DNA from: an uncultured candidatus Porisulfidus sp.
Lineage (GTDB): Bacteria > Pseudomonadota > Gammaproteobacteria > Poriferisulfidales > Poriferisulfidaceae
Direction: 5' to 3'
Assembly: GCA_965199755.1 (NCBI GenBank)
Contig: CBDASZ010000001.1
Location: 737,509-801,508, forward strand
DNA: 64,000 bases
Shown: piece after piece, positions 49,582 through 59,489 of the stretch
How the letters are laid out: each line of letters starts with the position of its first letter
Numbering within the stretch: position 1 is the first letter of the stretch
Made by a program: the position numbers and the translations under genes
Notes under the pieces: generated by a model
Told to the model about the DNA's origin: nothing
What the model saw: only the letters and a program-made list of their open reading frames with translations
Database searches by the model: none

Positions 49582-50994
49582 ATGCGTTCTCTTATTTTCT
49601 TTGTACTGGCGGCTGCGGCAACGACCGTGAGTCCGACCTTCGCGGCGAAAGGGCATGACCATTCAGCGCACGCAGGTGAGGGTTTTTACGCGGACATTCA
49701 TACCAAGGTGCATGCGGATAATATCGTTTCCTCCGAGGAAAGCGACGGGGAGTTCGTTGAAATCTATACGCACTCGCATTTTGACGTCGGCGGCTCATTG
49801 GGCGAGTACTTTTCCATTCATGCGGGCTTCAAACTTGAAGGTGAACCTGCCGGACATGCCCATGGATCTGGACCCGCGCTTGCCGTGCCAGATGGCAGTC
49901 ATCGGTTCTTTGATGACCACCCGCTGTTGATCGAGCAATTGAGGTTGAGCTTCAGCAACGGCCCGTTTTCGCTTTATGCGGGTAAATTCAATCCGATTGT
50001 CGGCTTCGACTATGAGCGCTTCCCCGGCGTGTACAGTTACCAGACCGTTGAGGAATACGCGATTCGGGAGCGCATCGGTGTGGGTGGCGCGATGAAGTTC
50101 AATGCCGCGGAGCGTGGCACACACAAACTGGATATATCAGGCTTCTTTGCCGACACCACGTTTTTGAGCGATTCCATAATCACGCGGCGTGGACAGACCG
50201 ACGAAGAAGATGGCGGCGTCAGCAATACCGAAGACCTGTCTTCCTTTGCTATCTCGCTCGGTGGGACGGATTTCTACTCGCTGACCAATGACTTTGTCGA
50301 GGGACTGTCGTATCGAGTCGGATACGCGAAACAGAAAGCGGGAATGTGTGAGGAGACCGATGAAAGACGCATGTCCGCCTCTCTGGAATACAAGCATGTG
50401 TTTTCTCGCGACCTGAGTGCCCGTCTGGTCACCGAATATATGGATATTGATCACTTTGGCGGCGTGGACGCGCATGACCGCTCACACGGCATGGTGGCTC
50501 TGGGTTGGGATTACAAGCAGTGGAATCTCTCCATGTCGTACATGCACGTCAACAACAAGTTGCGGCAAATGGACCTGATCGAAGCGATGCACGAACATCA
50601 TGGCGAGGAAGAAGAAAATGAAGAGCACGATGAAGGTCATGCAGAGGATGATCACGCGGATGAGGACGAGCATGGGCATGATGAAGAAAGTGGGTGCGTA
50701 GCTCATGGACACGAAGACGAACATGGCCATGAAGAGGGCGAGGAAGATGGACATGTCGAAATGGTGTCCGCCATGGAAGAGGAGCCTCACGATGACGAGG
50801 AAGATCATGGGCATGGGCATGAAGATGAACACGACCACGGCGGCGAGGGCTTGGACGGTCATATCTTTCAGGTCTCAGTCGGCTACCGATTCGACAATGG
50901 CGTCGGCATTGACTGGGGCTACCAGTACGTGGACGAAGAAGGGGAGATCACCGAACGCACCGGTTTGATGCTGAGTTTCGGCTACGCTTTCTAG
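49582..50994 (+). CDS. Putative outer-membrane beta-barrel protein with a large His/Asp/Glu-rich (metal-binding) loop. It is co-transcribed with zur-znuCB.
   Basis: It starts 3 nt after the znuB stop. It has a signal peptide 'MRSLIFFVLAAAATTVSPTFA', alternating amphipathic beta-strand patterns, and a C-terminal 'SFGYAF' aromatic terminus. An 85-aa region about 30% His lies at nt ~50587-50856. Confidence 0.7.
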   Translation: MRSLIFFVLAAAATTVSPTFAAKGHDHSAHAGEGFYADIHTKVHADNIVSSEESDGEFVEIYTHSHFDVGGSLGEYFSIHAGFKLEGEPAGHAHGSGPALAVPDGSHRFFDDHPLLIEQLRLSFSNGPFSLYAGKFNPIVGFDYERFPGVYSYQTVEEYAIRERIGVGGAMKFNAAERGTHKLDISGFFADTTFLSDSIITRRGQTDEEDGGVSNTEDLSSFAISLGGTDFYSLTNDFVEGLSYRVGYAKQKAGMCEETDERRMSASLEYKHVFSRDLSARLVTEYMDIDHFGGVDAHDRSHGMVALGWDYKQWNLSMSYMHVNNKLRQMDLIEAMHEHHGEEEENEEHDEGHAEDDHADEDEHGHDEESGCVAHGHEDEHGHEEGEEDGHVEMVSAMEEEPHDDEEDHGHGHEDEHDHGGEGLDGHIFQVSVGYRFDNGVGIDWGYQYVDEEGEITERTGLMLSFGYAF

Positions 50995-51083
50995 TCGAGC
51001 AGGTCACCCGCGACAGTCACAGCGGTCTTGTCGGCAAGCGGCAAGACCGAAGAGATTCTTAATGGTATCTGAGAGCCGTCAAT

Positions 51084-51176
<93 letters not shown>

Positions 51177-51196
51177 CGCAGACTCGTGGGGACGGG

Positions 51197-51526
51197 TCAC
51201 GCTTTTTGCAAATCGCCGCCGCCCATGGCTGGCATATAAGTGATATTGCCTTCTGCCTTGCGTATTTCAGGCGTACCGGCTTTCTCCACCTCATCAATGC
51301 GGACCACGGCCTGCATCGGAACATAGGTTCGCGCGACGGACTCAAATTCCGTCTTCAGTCGCTCCTCGCTGGGATCGACCACCACTTGCGTGCGTTCACC
51401 AAAGATGATGTCTTCCACCACTACAAAACCGAACAAATCGGAAGAGTAGACGTGTTGCGCGTAGATTTCGTAGATCTCACCGTTGGAGTGGAAGATGATC
51501 TTGTAAATCGGCTCAGGTTCTGTCAT
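51197..51526 (-). CDS. Conserved hypothetical protein (possibly the DUF1820 family).
   Basis: 109 aa, soluble and acidic. The family name is from memory only. Confidence 0.4.
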   Translation of the reverse strand: MTEPEPIYKIIFHSNGEIYEIYAQHVYSSDLFGFVVVEDIIFGERTQVVVDPSEERLKTEFESVARTYVPMQAVVRIDEVEKAGTPEIRKAEGNITYMPAMGGGDLQKA

Positions 51527-51555
51527 GACAAACTGGAGTAGGGGATTGCGTCCGA

Positions 51556-52914
51556 TTATAGCAACATAGGAGGATCTTCCATGTGATCCACGACGGCTTT
51601 GCCAAAGCCGGAAGTTGTCACCAGAGTCGCCCCTGGGATCAACTCCTGCATGTGTCGTTCGACTTCTTGGCGAGTCGCCGCACCGCTCGCAGCGGTCGAC
51701 AAGCCCGCGCGTACGCGCGCCAAGTCATAGGTCAGGAACTTGTTGGAGATCGCCCCGGATATGCCCTTGATCACCAGATCGGCCGCTTCCACCCAGCCCA
51801 TGTAGCGTAGCATCATCTCGGCCGACAGAATAATGGAGCCCGGATTGACGCGGTTCTTGCCGGCGTATTTGGGCGCGGATCCGTGGGTGGCCTCGAACAC
51901 GGCGACCGCATCGGCCATGTTGGCACCCGGCGCGATGCCGATGCCGCCGACCTGTGCGGCCAGCGCATCCGAAATATAGTCGCCATTCAGATTCAGTGTG
52001 GCAATCACATCGTAATCCGCCGGCTTCAGCAGGATCTGCTGCAGAAAGTTATCAGCGATGACGTCCTTGATGACAATAGTGCTGCCATCGTTCGGATTGC
52101 GAATTTGATGCCAAGGGCCGTCGCCAATTATTTCGGCACCAAACTCCTCGGCCGCCATCTCGTAACCCCAATGACAAAACGCGCCCTCAGTGTGCTTCAT
52201 AATGTTGCCTTTGTGCACCAGCGACACGGAGCGGCGATGGTTCTCAAGCGCATAACGAATGGCCTTGCGAATCAAGCGGCACGATCCTTCACGCGAGACA
52301 GGCTTGATGCCGATGCCGGAAGAGCCGGGAAAGCGGATCTGGGTGACCTGCATCTGCTTTTGCAGAAACGCAATGACTTCCTTCGCCTCCGCGCTGTCGC
52401 TCGCCCATTCGATGCCGGCGTATATGTCCTCGGTGTTTTCACGAAACACCACCATGTCCGTGGTGTCGGAAGATTTCAGCGGTGTCGGGGTGCCGCGAAA
52501 ATAACGAATCGGACGCACACAGGCGTACAGATCCATCTTCTGCCGAATGGAAACATTCAGTGAGCGAATGCCTTCACCGACAGGGGTGGTGAGGGGCCCT
52601 TTGATAGAGATAACATGATCCTGCATGACCTGCAAGGTCTCATCCGGCAGCCAGGAGCCATCGCGGTACAGCTTGTTCGCTTTCTCTCCGGCGTAGACCT
52701 CCATCCAGCAGATCTTTCGTTTGCCGTCGTACGCCGAGCGTACCGCTTCATTGACCACCTGGCGCATGACCGGGGTGACGTCAATGCCAATGCCGTCGCC
52801 TTCAATAAACGGGATAATGGGATGGTCCGGGACCTTAACTTCTCCGTCCGAGCTAACATTAATGACTTCTCCCTCGCTGGGAGGGAGAATATGCTCATAC
52901 TTGGTCGGGGGCAT
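51556..52914 (-). CDS. icd: Isocitrate dehydrogenase (NADP-dependent, dimeric type).
   Basis: '[27 protein letters not shown]' matches the E. coli Icd N-terminus '[23 protein letters not shown]'. Its C-terminus 'FGKAVVDHM' resembles the E. coli Icd C-terminus 'FGDAIIENM'. It is about 30 aa longer than E. coli Icd. Confidence 0.9.
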   Translation of the reverse strand: MPPTKYEHILPPSEGEVINVSSDGEVKVPDHPIIPFIEGDGIGIDVTPVMRQVVNEAVRSAYDGKRKICWMEVYAGEKANKLYRDGSWLPDETLQVMQDHVISIKGPLTTPVGEGIRSLNVSIRQKMDLYACVRPIRYFRGTPTPLKSSDTTDMVVFRENTEDIYAGIEWASDSAEAKEVIAFLQKQMQVTQIRFPGSSGIGIKPVSREGSCRLIRKAIRYALENHRRSVSLVHKGNIMKHTEGAFCHWGYEMAAEEFGAEIIGDGPWHQIRNPNDGSTIVIKDVIADNFLQQILLKPADYDVIATLNLNGDYISDALAAQVGGIGIAPGANMADAVAVFEATHGSAPKYAGKNRVNPGSIILSAEMMLRYMGWVEAADLVIKGISGAISNKFLTYDLARVRAGLSTAASGAATRQEVERHMQELIPGATLVTTSGFGKAVVDHMEDPPMLL

Positions 52915-52938
52915 AACGCAGTTCGGTTGCGCCGTGCG

Positions 52939-54243
52939 TCAGAACTGTTCTTCTTCGGTCGAATCCTTCATCGCGGTGACGGAAGATGCGCCGCCCTGAA
53001 TGACGGTGGTGACGTCATCAAAATAACCGGCACCGACTTCTTGTTGATGGCTAACAAATGTGTAGCCGCGATCGCCAGAGGCGAACTCAGGCTCCTGCAC
53101 TTTCTCCACGTAATGCTTCATGCCTTCATCGCCCGCGTAATCGTAGGCCAGATCAAACATGTGGTACCACATGCTATGAATGCCGGCGAGCGTGATGAAT
53201 TGGTATTTGTAGCCCATCGCGGACAGTTCGCGCTGGAATTTTGCGATGGTGGCATCGTCAAGATTCTTCTTCCAGTTGAATGACGGCGAGCAGTTGTAGG
53301 CGAGCAGCTGGTTCGGGTGCTCATTGCGCACCGCCTCAGCGAAGGCGCGTGCGAACTCCAGATCCGGCGTGCCGGTTTCGCACCACACCAGGTCGGCGTA
53401 GGGCGCGTAAGCGATACCCCGTGAAATCGCCTGATCCAGACCATTGCAGACTCGATAGAAACCCTCAGTTGTGCGTTCTCCGGTGAGAAACGGCTTGTCG
53501 TTTTCATCGAAGTCCGAAGTTATCAGGTTGGCCGCTTCTGCATCCGTGCGCGCCAGTACGATAGTCGGTACGCCCAGAACATCCGAAGCCAGTCGCGCCG
53601 CGATCAATTTCTGTACGGCTTCCTGCGTGGGCACCAGCACCTTGCCGCCCATGTGTCCGCATTTCTTGACAGCGGCCAGCTGATCTTCAAAGTGCACGCC
53701 CGCAGCACCATTGACGATCATGTTCTTCATCAACTCGAAAGCGTTCAGCACGCCGCCGAAGCCGGCTTCCGCATCAGCGACGATCGGCGCGAAATAATCA
53801 ACGAACCCTTCGTCTTCCGGGCCGACACCGCGGCACCACTGAATTTCATCCACACGTTTGAACGCATTATTGATGCGGCGCACCACGGCGGGTACCGAAT
53901 CATAAGCGTAGAGTGACTGGTCCGGGTACATGGTCTCGGAGGTGTTGGCATCAGCCGCGACTTGCCAGCCAGACAGGTAAATGGCTTCAATGCCGGCCTT
54001 CACCTGCTGGACGGCTTGCCCGGCGGTGAGGGCCCCTAGGCAGTTGACGTAACCCTTGCGGGCATCGCCGTTGACCAGCCGCCAAAGTTTTTCAGCGCCT
54101 TCGGTGGCGGTGGTGTTGGCGGGTACACGGGACCCGCGCAACCGCACCACATCCTCTGCGGTATAGTCTCGGCGTACATCGCTCCAGCGCGGGTTGGTGT
54201 CCCAATCTTGCTGCAGCGCTTCGATCTGTTGTTGTCGATTCAC
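52939..54243 (-). CDS. aceA: Isocitrate lyase.
   Basis: 434 aa. The active-site motif is '[14 protein letters not shown]'. Confidence 0.93.
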   Translation of the reverse strand: MNRQQQIEALQQDWDTNPRWSDVRRDYTAEDVVRLRGSRVPANTTATEGAEKLWRLVNGDARKGYVNCLGALTAGQAVQQVKAGIEAIYLSGWQVAADANTSETMYPDQSLYAYDSVPAVVRRINNAFKRVDEIQWCRGVGPEDEGFVDYFAPIVADAEAGFGGVLNAFELMKNMIVNGAAGVHFEDQLAAVKKCGHMGGKVLVPTQEAVQKLIAARLASDVLGVPTIVLARTDAEAANLITSDFDENDKPFLTGERTTEGFYRVCNGLDQAISRGIAYAPYADLVWCETGTPDLEFARAFAEAVRNEHPNQLLAYNCSPSFNWKKNLDDATIAKFQRELSAMGYKYQFITLAGIHSMWYHMFDLAYDYAGDEGMKHYVEKVQEPEFASGDRGYTFVSHQQEVGAGYFDDVTTVIQGGASSVTAMKDSTEEEQF

Positions 54244-54330
54244 GTAACAATCCTCTTGAAATGTCGCGTATTAGGATAACAACGCCGCACAGAGTGCGGC
54301 GCAAGTTTCAGGGCAATTTTATCAGATACG

Positions 54331-54900
54331 CTAGTCGAGGGAACTGAAGGTGCTCGCGTCTGGAGCTGGTTTCGGTCGTCGCGGAACCTTGTGCGCCACG
54401 CCCTTGTGGCAGTCGATGCAGGTCTTGCCGCGCATCGGTGCGCTGTGGTGCTTCTTGCGTGCGCTTCGATCTTGCTTTTTCAGATCCATTGCCTCATAGG
54501 TGTGGCAACTCTGGCATTCGCGTGAGTCGGTGGCTTTCATGCGATCCCACACGCGGTTCGCCATCTCCCAGCGATGCGCTTCGAATTTCTCTTCGTTGTC
54601 GATCTTGCCGCTGATTTCACCCCAGACGTCCCGCGCCGCCATAAACTTCGCGAACACTTTCGGGCCAAGCGGATGCGGCACATGGCAATCAGCGCAGCCA
54701 GCACGTATGCCATATTCATTCTTGTAATGAGCGGATTCCTTCCACTCCGCAGTATTCCACTGCATGGAGTGACACGAGGTGCAAAATTCCGTGGTATTGG
54801 TTGCATCCAGTACCATAGACGTGCCGAGCGCGCCGACGAAGCCTACGGCTACCAGTACTCCAACTGCCGCGACCGAAACTGATTTCCACATGGGCATCAT
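54331..54900 (-). CDS. NapC/NirT (CymA-like) membrane-anchored tetrahaem cytochrome c quinol dehydrogenase.
   Basis: An N-terminal TM helix and four CxxCH motifs: 'CTSCHS', 'CADCHV', 'CQSCHT' and 'CIDCHK'. It is stand-alone with no co-oriented reductase partner. Confidence 0.8.
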   Translation of the reverse strand: MMPMWKSVSVAAVGVLVAVGFVGALGTSMVLDATNTTEFCTSCHSMQWNTAEWKESAHYKNEYGIRAGCADCHVPHPLGPKVFAKFMAARDVWGEISGKIDNEEKFEAHRWEMANRVWDRMKATDSRECQSCHTYEAMDLKKQDRSARKKHHSAPMRGKTCIDCHKGVAHKVPRRPKPAPDASTFSSLD

Positions 54901-54944
54901 TGTACCGAAAGGATTAGTCTTGACTGTATGCTACAAGTTCCCTG

Positions 54945-55526
54945 ATGCTTGAAGCGCAAGCCCTTGGTTGTACACGCGGCGGGCGTCCTTTGTTCGCCGA
55001 GTTGTCATTCTCACTGCGCGCGGGCGAACTGCTGCTAGTACGTGGCCCGAACGGCTGCGGCAAGACTTCGCTGCTGCGCATGCTGGCCGGCTTGCTGCCG
55101 GTGGAAGAGGGGCACCTTGAGTGGATGCAAGGCCCAGCGCCGGTACTCTGGATCGGCCATCGCACCGGCATCAGTGCGGATATGACCGCATGGGAAAACC
55201 TCCGTTATCTGGCAACGCTGGAAGGGGATCTCTCTCGACTGGATATCGGCGTGTTGGAAGAAGTCGGATTGGCACGGTTTGCGCATACCCTTGCCTCTCG
55301 TCTGTCGGAAGGGCAGATGCGGCGCATCGCACTGGCGCGCATTGCGATTAGTGCGCGGCCGCTGTGGCTTTTGGACGAGCCGATGACCGCGCTGGATGCC
55401 GCCTCCATGCAGTGGCTGGAAGCGCAAATGTCGCACCACATAAATGCCGGTGGCGCAATCGTGATGGCCACGCATCGGGACGCGCCAGAAAATATTCCGG
55501 CGCGTGTTCTGGAGCTCGGATCATGA
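54945..55526 (+). CDS. ccmA: Cytochrome c biogenesis haem exporter ATP-binding protein CcmA.
   Basis: Walker A 'GPNGCGKTSLLRMLAGL' and signature 'LSEGQMRRIALAR'. Confidence 0.9.
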   Translation: MLEAQALGCTRGGRPLFAELSFSLRAGELLLVRGPNGCGKTSLLRMLAGLLPVEEGHLEWMQGPAPVLWIGHRTGISADMTAWENLRYLATLEGDLSRLDIGVLEEVGLARFAHTLASRLSEGQMRRIALARIAISARPLWLLDEPMTALDAASMQWLEAQMSHHINAGGAIVMATHRDAPENIPARVLELGS

Positions 55527-56194
55527 TGTGCACCTTGTTCCTCGCGCAATGGCGTCGCGAAATGGCACTGGCATGGCGGCGGCGCGGACGCTTTCTGCAG
55601 CCGTTGTTGTTTTATATGCTGGTCATGCTGCTGTTTCCGCTGGCCATGGACCCGGACCCGGTGCGACTGGAGACTCTGGCTCCCGCGCTATTGTGGGTCA
55701 CCGCTTTGCTGGCCGCCTTGCTGGCACCGGCGATGCTGTTCTCTTCGGACTATGAAGAAGGCTGCATAGAACTGTGGATCACCGGCGGTATGCCGCTGGC
55801 CTGGCTGATACTGGCCAAATTGCTCGCCTACACTGTGATCGTATCGCTTCCCCTGATTGTGGCGAGTCCTTTGCTGGGTGGATGGTTCGGACTGTCCGAT
55901 GCCAGTCTGCGGGTGCTGTTTCTCTCCATGGCGCTTGGCGTGCCAGCCTTGTGTCTGATCGGCTCTTTGGGCGCGGCCTTGACTCTGAGTCTGCCGCGTG
56001 GCGGCATTCTGCTCGCATTGATTGTGCTGCCGCTGTATATTCCAGTGCTGATGTTTGGTGCTGGTGCGGTTACGGCTGCTTCTCAAGGGCATTCCGTCAT
56101 CGCGGCGCTGACCTTGCTTGGTGGCATGTTGCTGCTGACATTGAGCCTGATTCCGCTGGCGGCGGCGGCGGCGCTCAAGGCTAGTTTGGAATAA
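55523..56194 (+). CDS. ccmB: Haem exporter permease CcmB.
   Basis: It has an ATGA overlap with ccmA. It is 223 aa and multi-TM. The longer ORF from 55364 is rejected. Confidence 0.88.
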   Translation: MMCTLFLAQWRREMALAWRRRGRFLQPLLFYMLVMLLFPLAMDPDPVRLETLAPALLWVTALLAALLAPAMLFSSDYEEGCIELWITGGMPLAWLILAKLLAYTVIVSLPLIVASPLLGGWFGLSDASLRVLFLSMALGVPALCLIGSLGAALTLSLPRGGILLALIVLPLYIPVLMFGAGAVTAASQGHSVIAALTLLGGMLLLTLSLIPLAAAAALKASLE

Positions 56195-56204
56195 TAGCAA
56201 ACTT

Positions 56205-56942
56205 ATGCTCAAACAATTCGCCTTTCTGGGCTCACCTGCGCAGTTCTATACCCGCACCGGCGTGTGGCTGCCATGGCTGTCCGTGCTTACGGCGATTGGG
56301 ATGCTGATCGGTTTCTATTGGGGACTGATGGTCGCACCGCCCGACTATCAGCAAGGCGAGGTGTATCGCATTATCTACGTGCACGTGCCTTCGGCGTGGC
56401 TGTCATTGATGGTTTATGGGGTGATGGCAAGTGCCGCAGCTTGCGCTTTAATCTGGCACCTCAAACTGGCGGAAATCGCTGTCTACGAATGCGCTGTGCT
56501 GGGCGCGATGTTCACCGCACTGGCGCTGCTGACCGGCATGCTGTGGGGCAAGCCTACGTGGGGCACTTTCTGGCAGTGGGGTGATGCCAGGCTGGTGTCT
56601 GAACTGATCTTGCTGTTTCTGTATCTGGGAGTACTGGCCTTGCACAATGCTATCGCCAACCCGCGTAAGGCGGCGCGTGTCGCCTCCATTCTGGCCTTGG
56701 CCGGTGTGGTCAATGTGCCTATCGTGCATTACTCCGTAGAGTGGTGGAACACCTTGCACCAGGGTCCGACGGTGAGCAAGTTCTCCGCGCCGTCCGCACA
56801 TGAGAGCATGCTGTGGCCGTTATTGTTGATGGCCGTGATGTTCACGCTTTATTTTGCGACAGTGTTGCTGGCGCGTATCCGCATGCGCATTCTGGAACGC
56901 GAAGCCGATCGACGCTGGGTTGAGGAGATGCGCAATGGCTGA
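56205..56942 (+). CDS. ccmC: Haem exporter protein CcmC.
   Basis: 245 aa. The W-rich motif 'WGTFWQWGDARL' is present. Confidence 0.92.
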   Translation: MLKQFAFLGSPAQFYTRTGVWLPWLSVLTAIGMLIGFYWGLMVAPPDYQQGEVYRIIYVHVPSAWLSLMVYGVMASAAACALIWHLKLAEIAVYECAVLGAMFTALALLTGMLWGKPTWGTFWQWGDARLVSELILLFLYLGVLALHNAIANPRKAARVASILALAGVVNVPIVHYSVEWWNTLHQGPTVSKFSAPSAHESMLWPLLLMAVMFTLYFATVLLARIRMRILEREADRRWVEEMRNG

Positions 56943-57066
56943 ATTTATCGCCATGGGCGGTTATGCCTTTTATGTCTGGACCTCGTATGGCATTGTGGTC
57001 ATCGCACTTGTCGGCGCGGCTTTTCTGCCGTGGCAAAAACATCGGCGACTGCGCCGTGACCGCTAA
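56935..57066 (+). CDS. ccmD: Haem exporter protein CcmD.
   Basis: A 43-aa single-TM peptide, 'MAEFIAMGGYAFYVWTSYGIVVIALV'. It overlaps the ccmC stop ('atggctga'). Confidence 0.8.
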   Translation: MAEFIAMGGYAFYVWTSYGIVVIALVGAAFLPWQKHRRLRRDR

Positions 57067-57078
57067 AATCGCAGCCCC

Positions 57079-57534
57079 ATGAATGCTCTGCAAAAACGTC
57101 GCCTTGGTCTGGTGCTCGCCGTCTCAATCGGCGTCGCCGCCGGCGTCGCCCTGATGCTGATGGCCTTCCAGCAGAACCTGCTGTATTTCTACAGTCCCTC
57201 GCAGGTGACCGCGGGCGCAGTGACTGAAGGTGCGACCTTTCGGCTGGGCGGACTGGTGGTTGAGGACAGCGTCGCGCACGATGCGGATGATGCACTGACT
57301 GTTCGCTTTGTGCTGACCGACCGAGTGGATTCTCTGCCTGTGCAATACCGCGGATTGCTGCCGGATCTGTTTCGCGAAGGGCAGGGGATCGTTGCCTTGG
57401 GTGCTTTGAATGAGGCCGGAGTTTTTGTCGCCACCGAGGTGCTGGCGAAACATGATGAGTACTATATGCCGCCGGAAGTCGCCAAGTCCCTGGAAGAGGC
57501 CGGCGCCCAGCAACCTTATGAGATGAGCTGGTGA
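57079..57534 (+). CDS. ccmE: Cytochrome c-type biogenesis haem chaperone CcmE.
   Basis: An N-terminal TM anchor and an OB-fold. It is 151 aa. Confidence 0.9.
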   Translation: MNALQKRRLGLVLAVSIGVAAGVALMLMAFQQNLLYFYSPSQVTAGAVTEGATFRLGGLVVEDSVAHDADDALTVRFVLTDRVDSLPVQYRGLLPDLFREGQGIVALGALNEAGVFVATEVLAKHDEYYMPPEVAKSLEEAGAQQPYEMSW

Positions 57535-59489
57535 TCCCCGAACTCGGACATTTCGCACTGGTGCTGGCGTTTGTACTCGCCACGCTGCAAGTGATTCTGC
57601 CAACCTTTGGCACCTGGCGCGGGGATGTCGCGTTGGTGCGCAGTGCGGATTCGTTGGCGCTGGGGCAGGCAGTTATGGTGCTGTTGTCCTATCTGGCGCT
57701 GACCGCGTCATTCATCATGCACGACTTCTCGGTCGCTTACGTCGCCAACAACTCCAATACCGAATTGCCTTTGGCGTATAGGATCTCTGGTGTCTGGGGC
57801 GCGCATGAAGGCTCCTTGCTGTTGTGGGCGCTGGTGCTGAATGGCTGGACTGTTGCGGTGATGGCTTTGAGCCGCCGCCTGCCGACACTGTTCCGCGCCC
57901 GTGTACTGATTGCGCTGGGCTTTATCAGTCTGGGCTTTCTGGCTTTCATGTTGGCTACCTCAAATCCCTTCGATCGTCTGATCCCGCCGACATTGGAAGG
58001 CCGCGATCTGAATCCCTTGCTGCAGGACCCCGGCCTGGTGATTCATCCACCTTTGCTATACATGGGTTATGTCGGCTTTGCCGTGGCGTTCGCATTTGCG
58101 GTCGCTGCCTTGTGGGGCGGACAGTTGCACGCCGCTTGGGCGCGCTGGACCCGGCCGTGGGTGACCGCCGCGTGGATGTTTCTGACGCTTGGCATTGCTC
58201 TCGGCAGTTGGTGGGCCTATCACGAACTCGGCTGGGGCGGGTGGTGGTTCTGGGATCCGGTGGAAAATGCCTCATTTATGCCGTGGCTTGCCGGTACTGC
58301 GCTGATTCACTCGTTGGCTGTCACCGAAAAGCGCAATACATTCAAGCGCTGGACGGTATTGTTAGCGCTGCTGGCGTTCTCACTCAGTCTGGTCGGTACA
58401 TTTCTGGTGCGCTCCGGCGTGCTGGTGTCGGTGCATGCGTTTGCCAACGACCCAGAACGCGGCGTATTTATTCTAGCCTTCCTCGCCATTGTGATCGGTG
58501 CCGGACTAGGTCTGTTCGCATGGCGTGCCCATCGCCTTGAAAATCCCGGACATTTTGAACTTCTATCGCGAGAAACCTTCTTGTTATTCAATAATTTGCT
58601 ATTGATTATTGCGACATTCTCTATTTTGCTCGGCACGCTGTATCCGCTAATCATTTCGGTGCTGGACCTGCCAACCATGTCAGTCGGCGCACCGTACTTC
58701 AATGCCATTTTCGTGCCGCTTGCCTTGCCATTGCTGTTTTTGTGCGCAATCGGGCCGGTGGCGCGCTGGAAGAAAACCCGTGTGCGGGAGGTACTGCGCC
58801 GTCTGCAGGTACCGCTTGCTGTCGCGCTGATTCTGGGCGTGACGATTCCCTTGTCGGCCTACGGCACCACGCCGGGCATCACGATTCTGTCAATCATGCT
58901 GGGGATCTGGTGCATTGGCGGCGCGATCGTGGTGATATGGCGGCAGTTTGGACGCATGCGCCGGGGCACGGGTGCCTGGTACAGTTTTCGACATATCCCG
59001 CGACACCTGTTAGGCATGGCCAGCGCCCACACAGGTCTTGGCGTTCTGGCTCTGGGTATCGCGTTCACCTCCACCTTTTCACAAGAGCGTGAAATCGTCA
59101 TGCACGCCGGAGACACGATCACATTCGCCTCACGGGAGTTTCAGTTCCATGGCGTCAGTTCGGTCGACGGCCCCAACTACGATGCCATTCGCGGCGACAT
59201 CAGCGTGCATCGCGATGGTGAGGCGGTGACGCGCCTGTACCCGGAGAAGCGTACCTATCGTGTGCAGCGCTCCCCAATGACCGAGGCCGCCATTCATTCA
59301 ACGATCTGGGTGGATATCTACGCCGCGCTGGGCGAGGCGGCACCCGATGGCAGTTGGGGCGTGCGCCTGTACGTCAAGCCCATGATTCAATGGCTGTGGG
59401 GCGGTGCCATTCTGATGGCTTTGGGTGGCCTTCTGGCCATGTCCGACAAGCGCTACCGCTACCGTCGCCGGGACAAGGGAACCGCCTGA
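57531..59489 (+). CDS. ccmF: Cytochrome c-type biogenesis protein CcmF.
   Basis: 652 aa and multi-TM. The W-rich motif 'WGGWWFWDPVEN' is present. Confidence 0.93.
   Translation: MIPELGHFALVLAFVLATLQVILPTFGTWRGDVALVRSADSLALGQAVMVLLSYLALTASFIMHDFSVAYVANNSNTELPLAYRISGVWGAHEGSLLLWALVLNGWTVAVMALSRRLPTLFRARVLIALGFISLGFLAFMLATSNPFDRLIPPTLEGRDLNPLLQDPGLVIHPPLLYMGYVGFAVAFAFAVAALWGGQLHAAWARWTRPWVTAAWMFLTLGIALGSWWAYHELGWGGWWFWDPVENASFMPWLAGTALIHSLAVTEKRNTFKRWTVLLALLAFSLSLVGTFLVRSGVLVSVHAFANDPERGVFILAFLAIVIGAGLGLFAWRAHRLENPGHFELLSRETFLLFNNLLLIIATFSILLGTLYPLIISVLDLPTMSVGAPYFNAIFVPLALPLLFLCAIGPVARWKKTRVREVLRRLQVPLAVALILGVTIPLSAYGTTPGITILSIMLGIWCIGGAIVVIWRQFGRMRRGTGAWYSFRHIPRHLLGMASAHTGLGVLALGIAFTSTFSQEREIVMHAGDTITFASREFQFHGVSSVDGPNYDAIRGDISVHRDGEAVTRLYPEKRTYRVQRSPMTEAAIHSTIWVDIYAALGEAAPDGSWGVRLYVKPMIQWLWGGAILMALGGLLAMSDKRYRYRRRDKGTA

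Noticed and set aside
50587-50856. Repetitive GAAGA(T/C)GA(A/C)CA(T/C)G... DNA. It was considered as a possible CRISPR or tandem-repeat array.
   Set aside because: It is the in-frame coding sequence for the His/Asp/Glu-rich loop of the outer-membrane protein. It has no spacer-repeat architecture.
55364-55522. N-terminal extension of ccmB (track 55364..56194), and similar extensions of ccmG (59354), ccmD (56854), znuC (48019), tusA (41264) and DUF4340 (12564).
   Set aside because: Each extension overlaps the preceding gene in another frame. The true starts show the characteristic ATGA/GTGA/TGATG stop-start coupling, or an SD.
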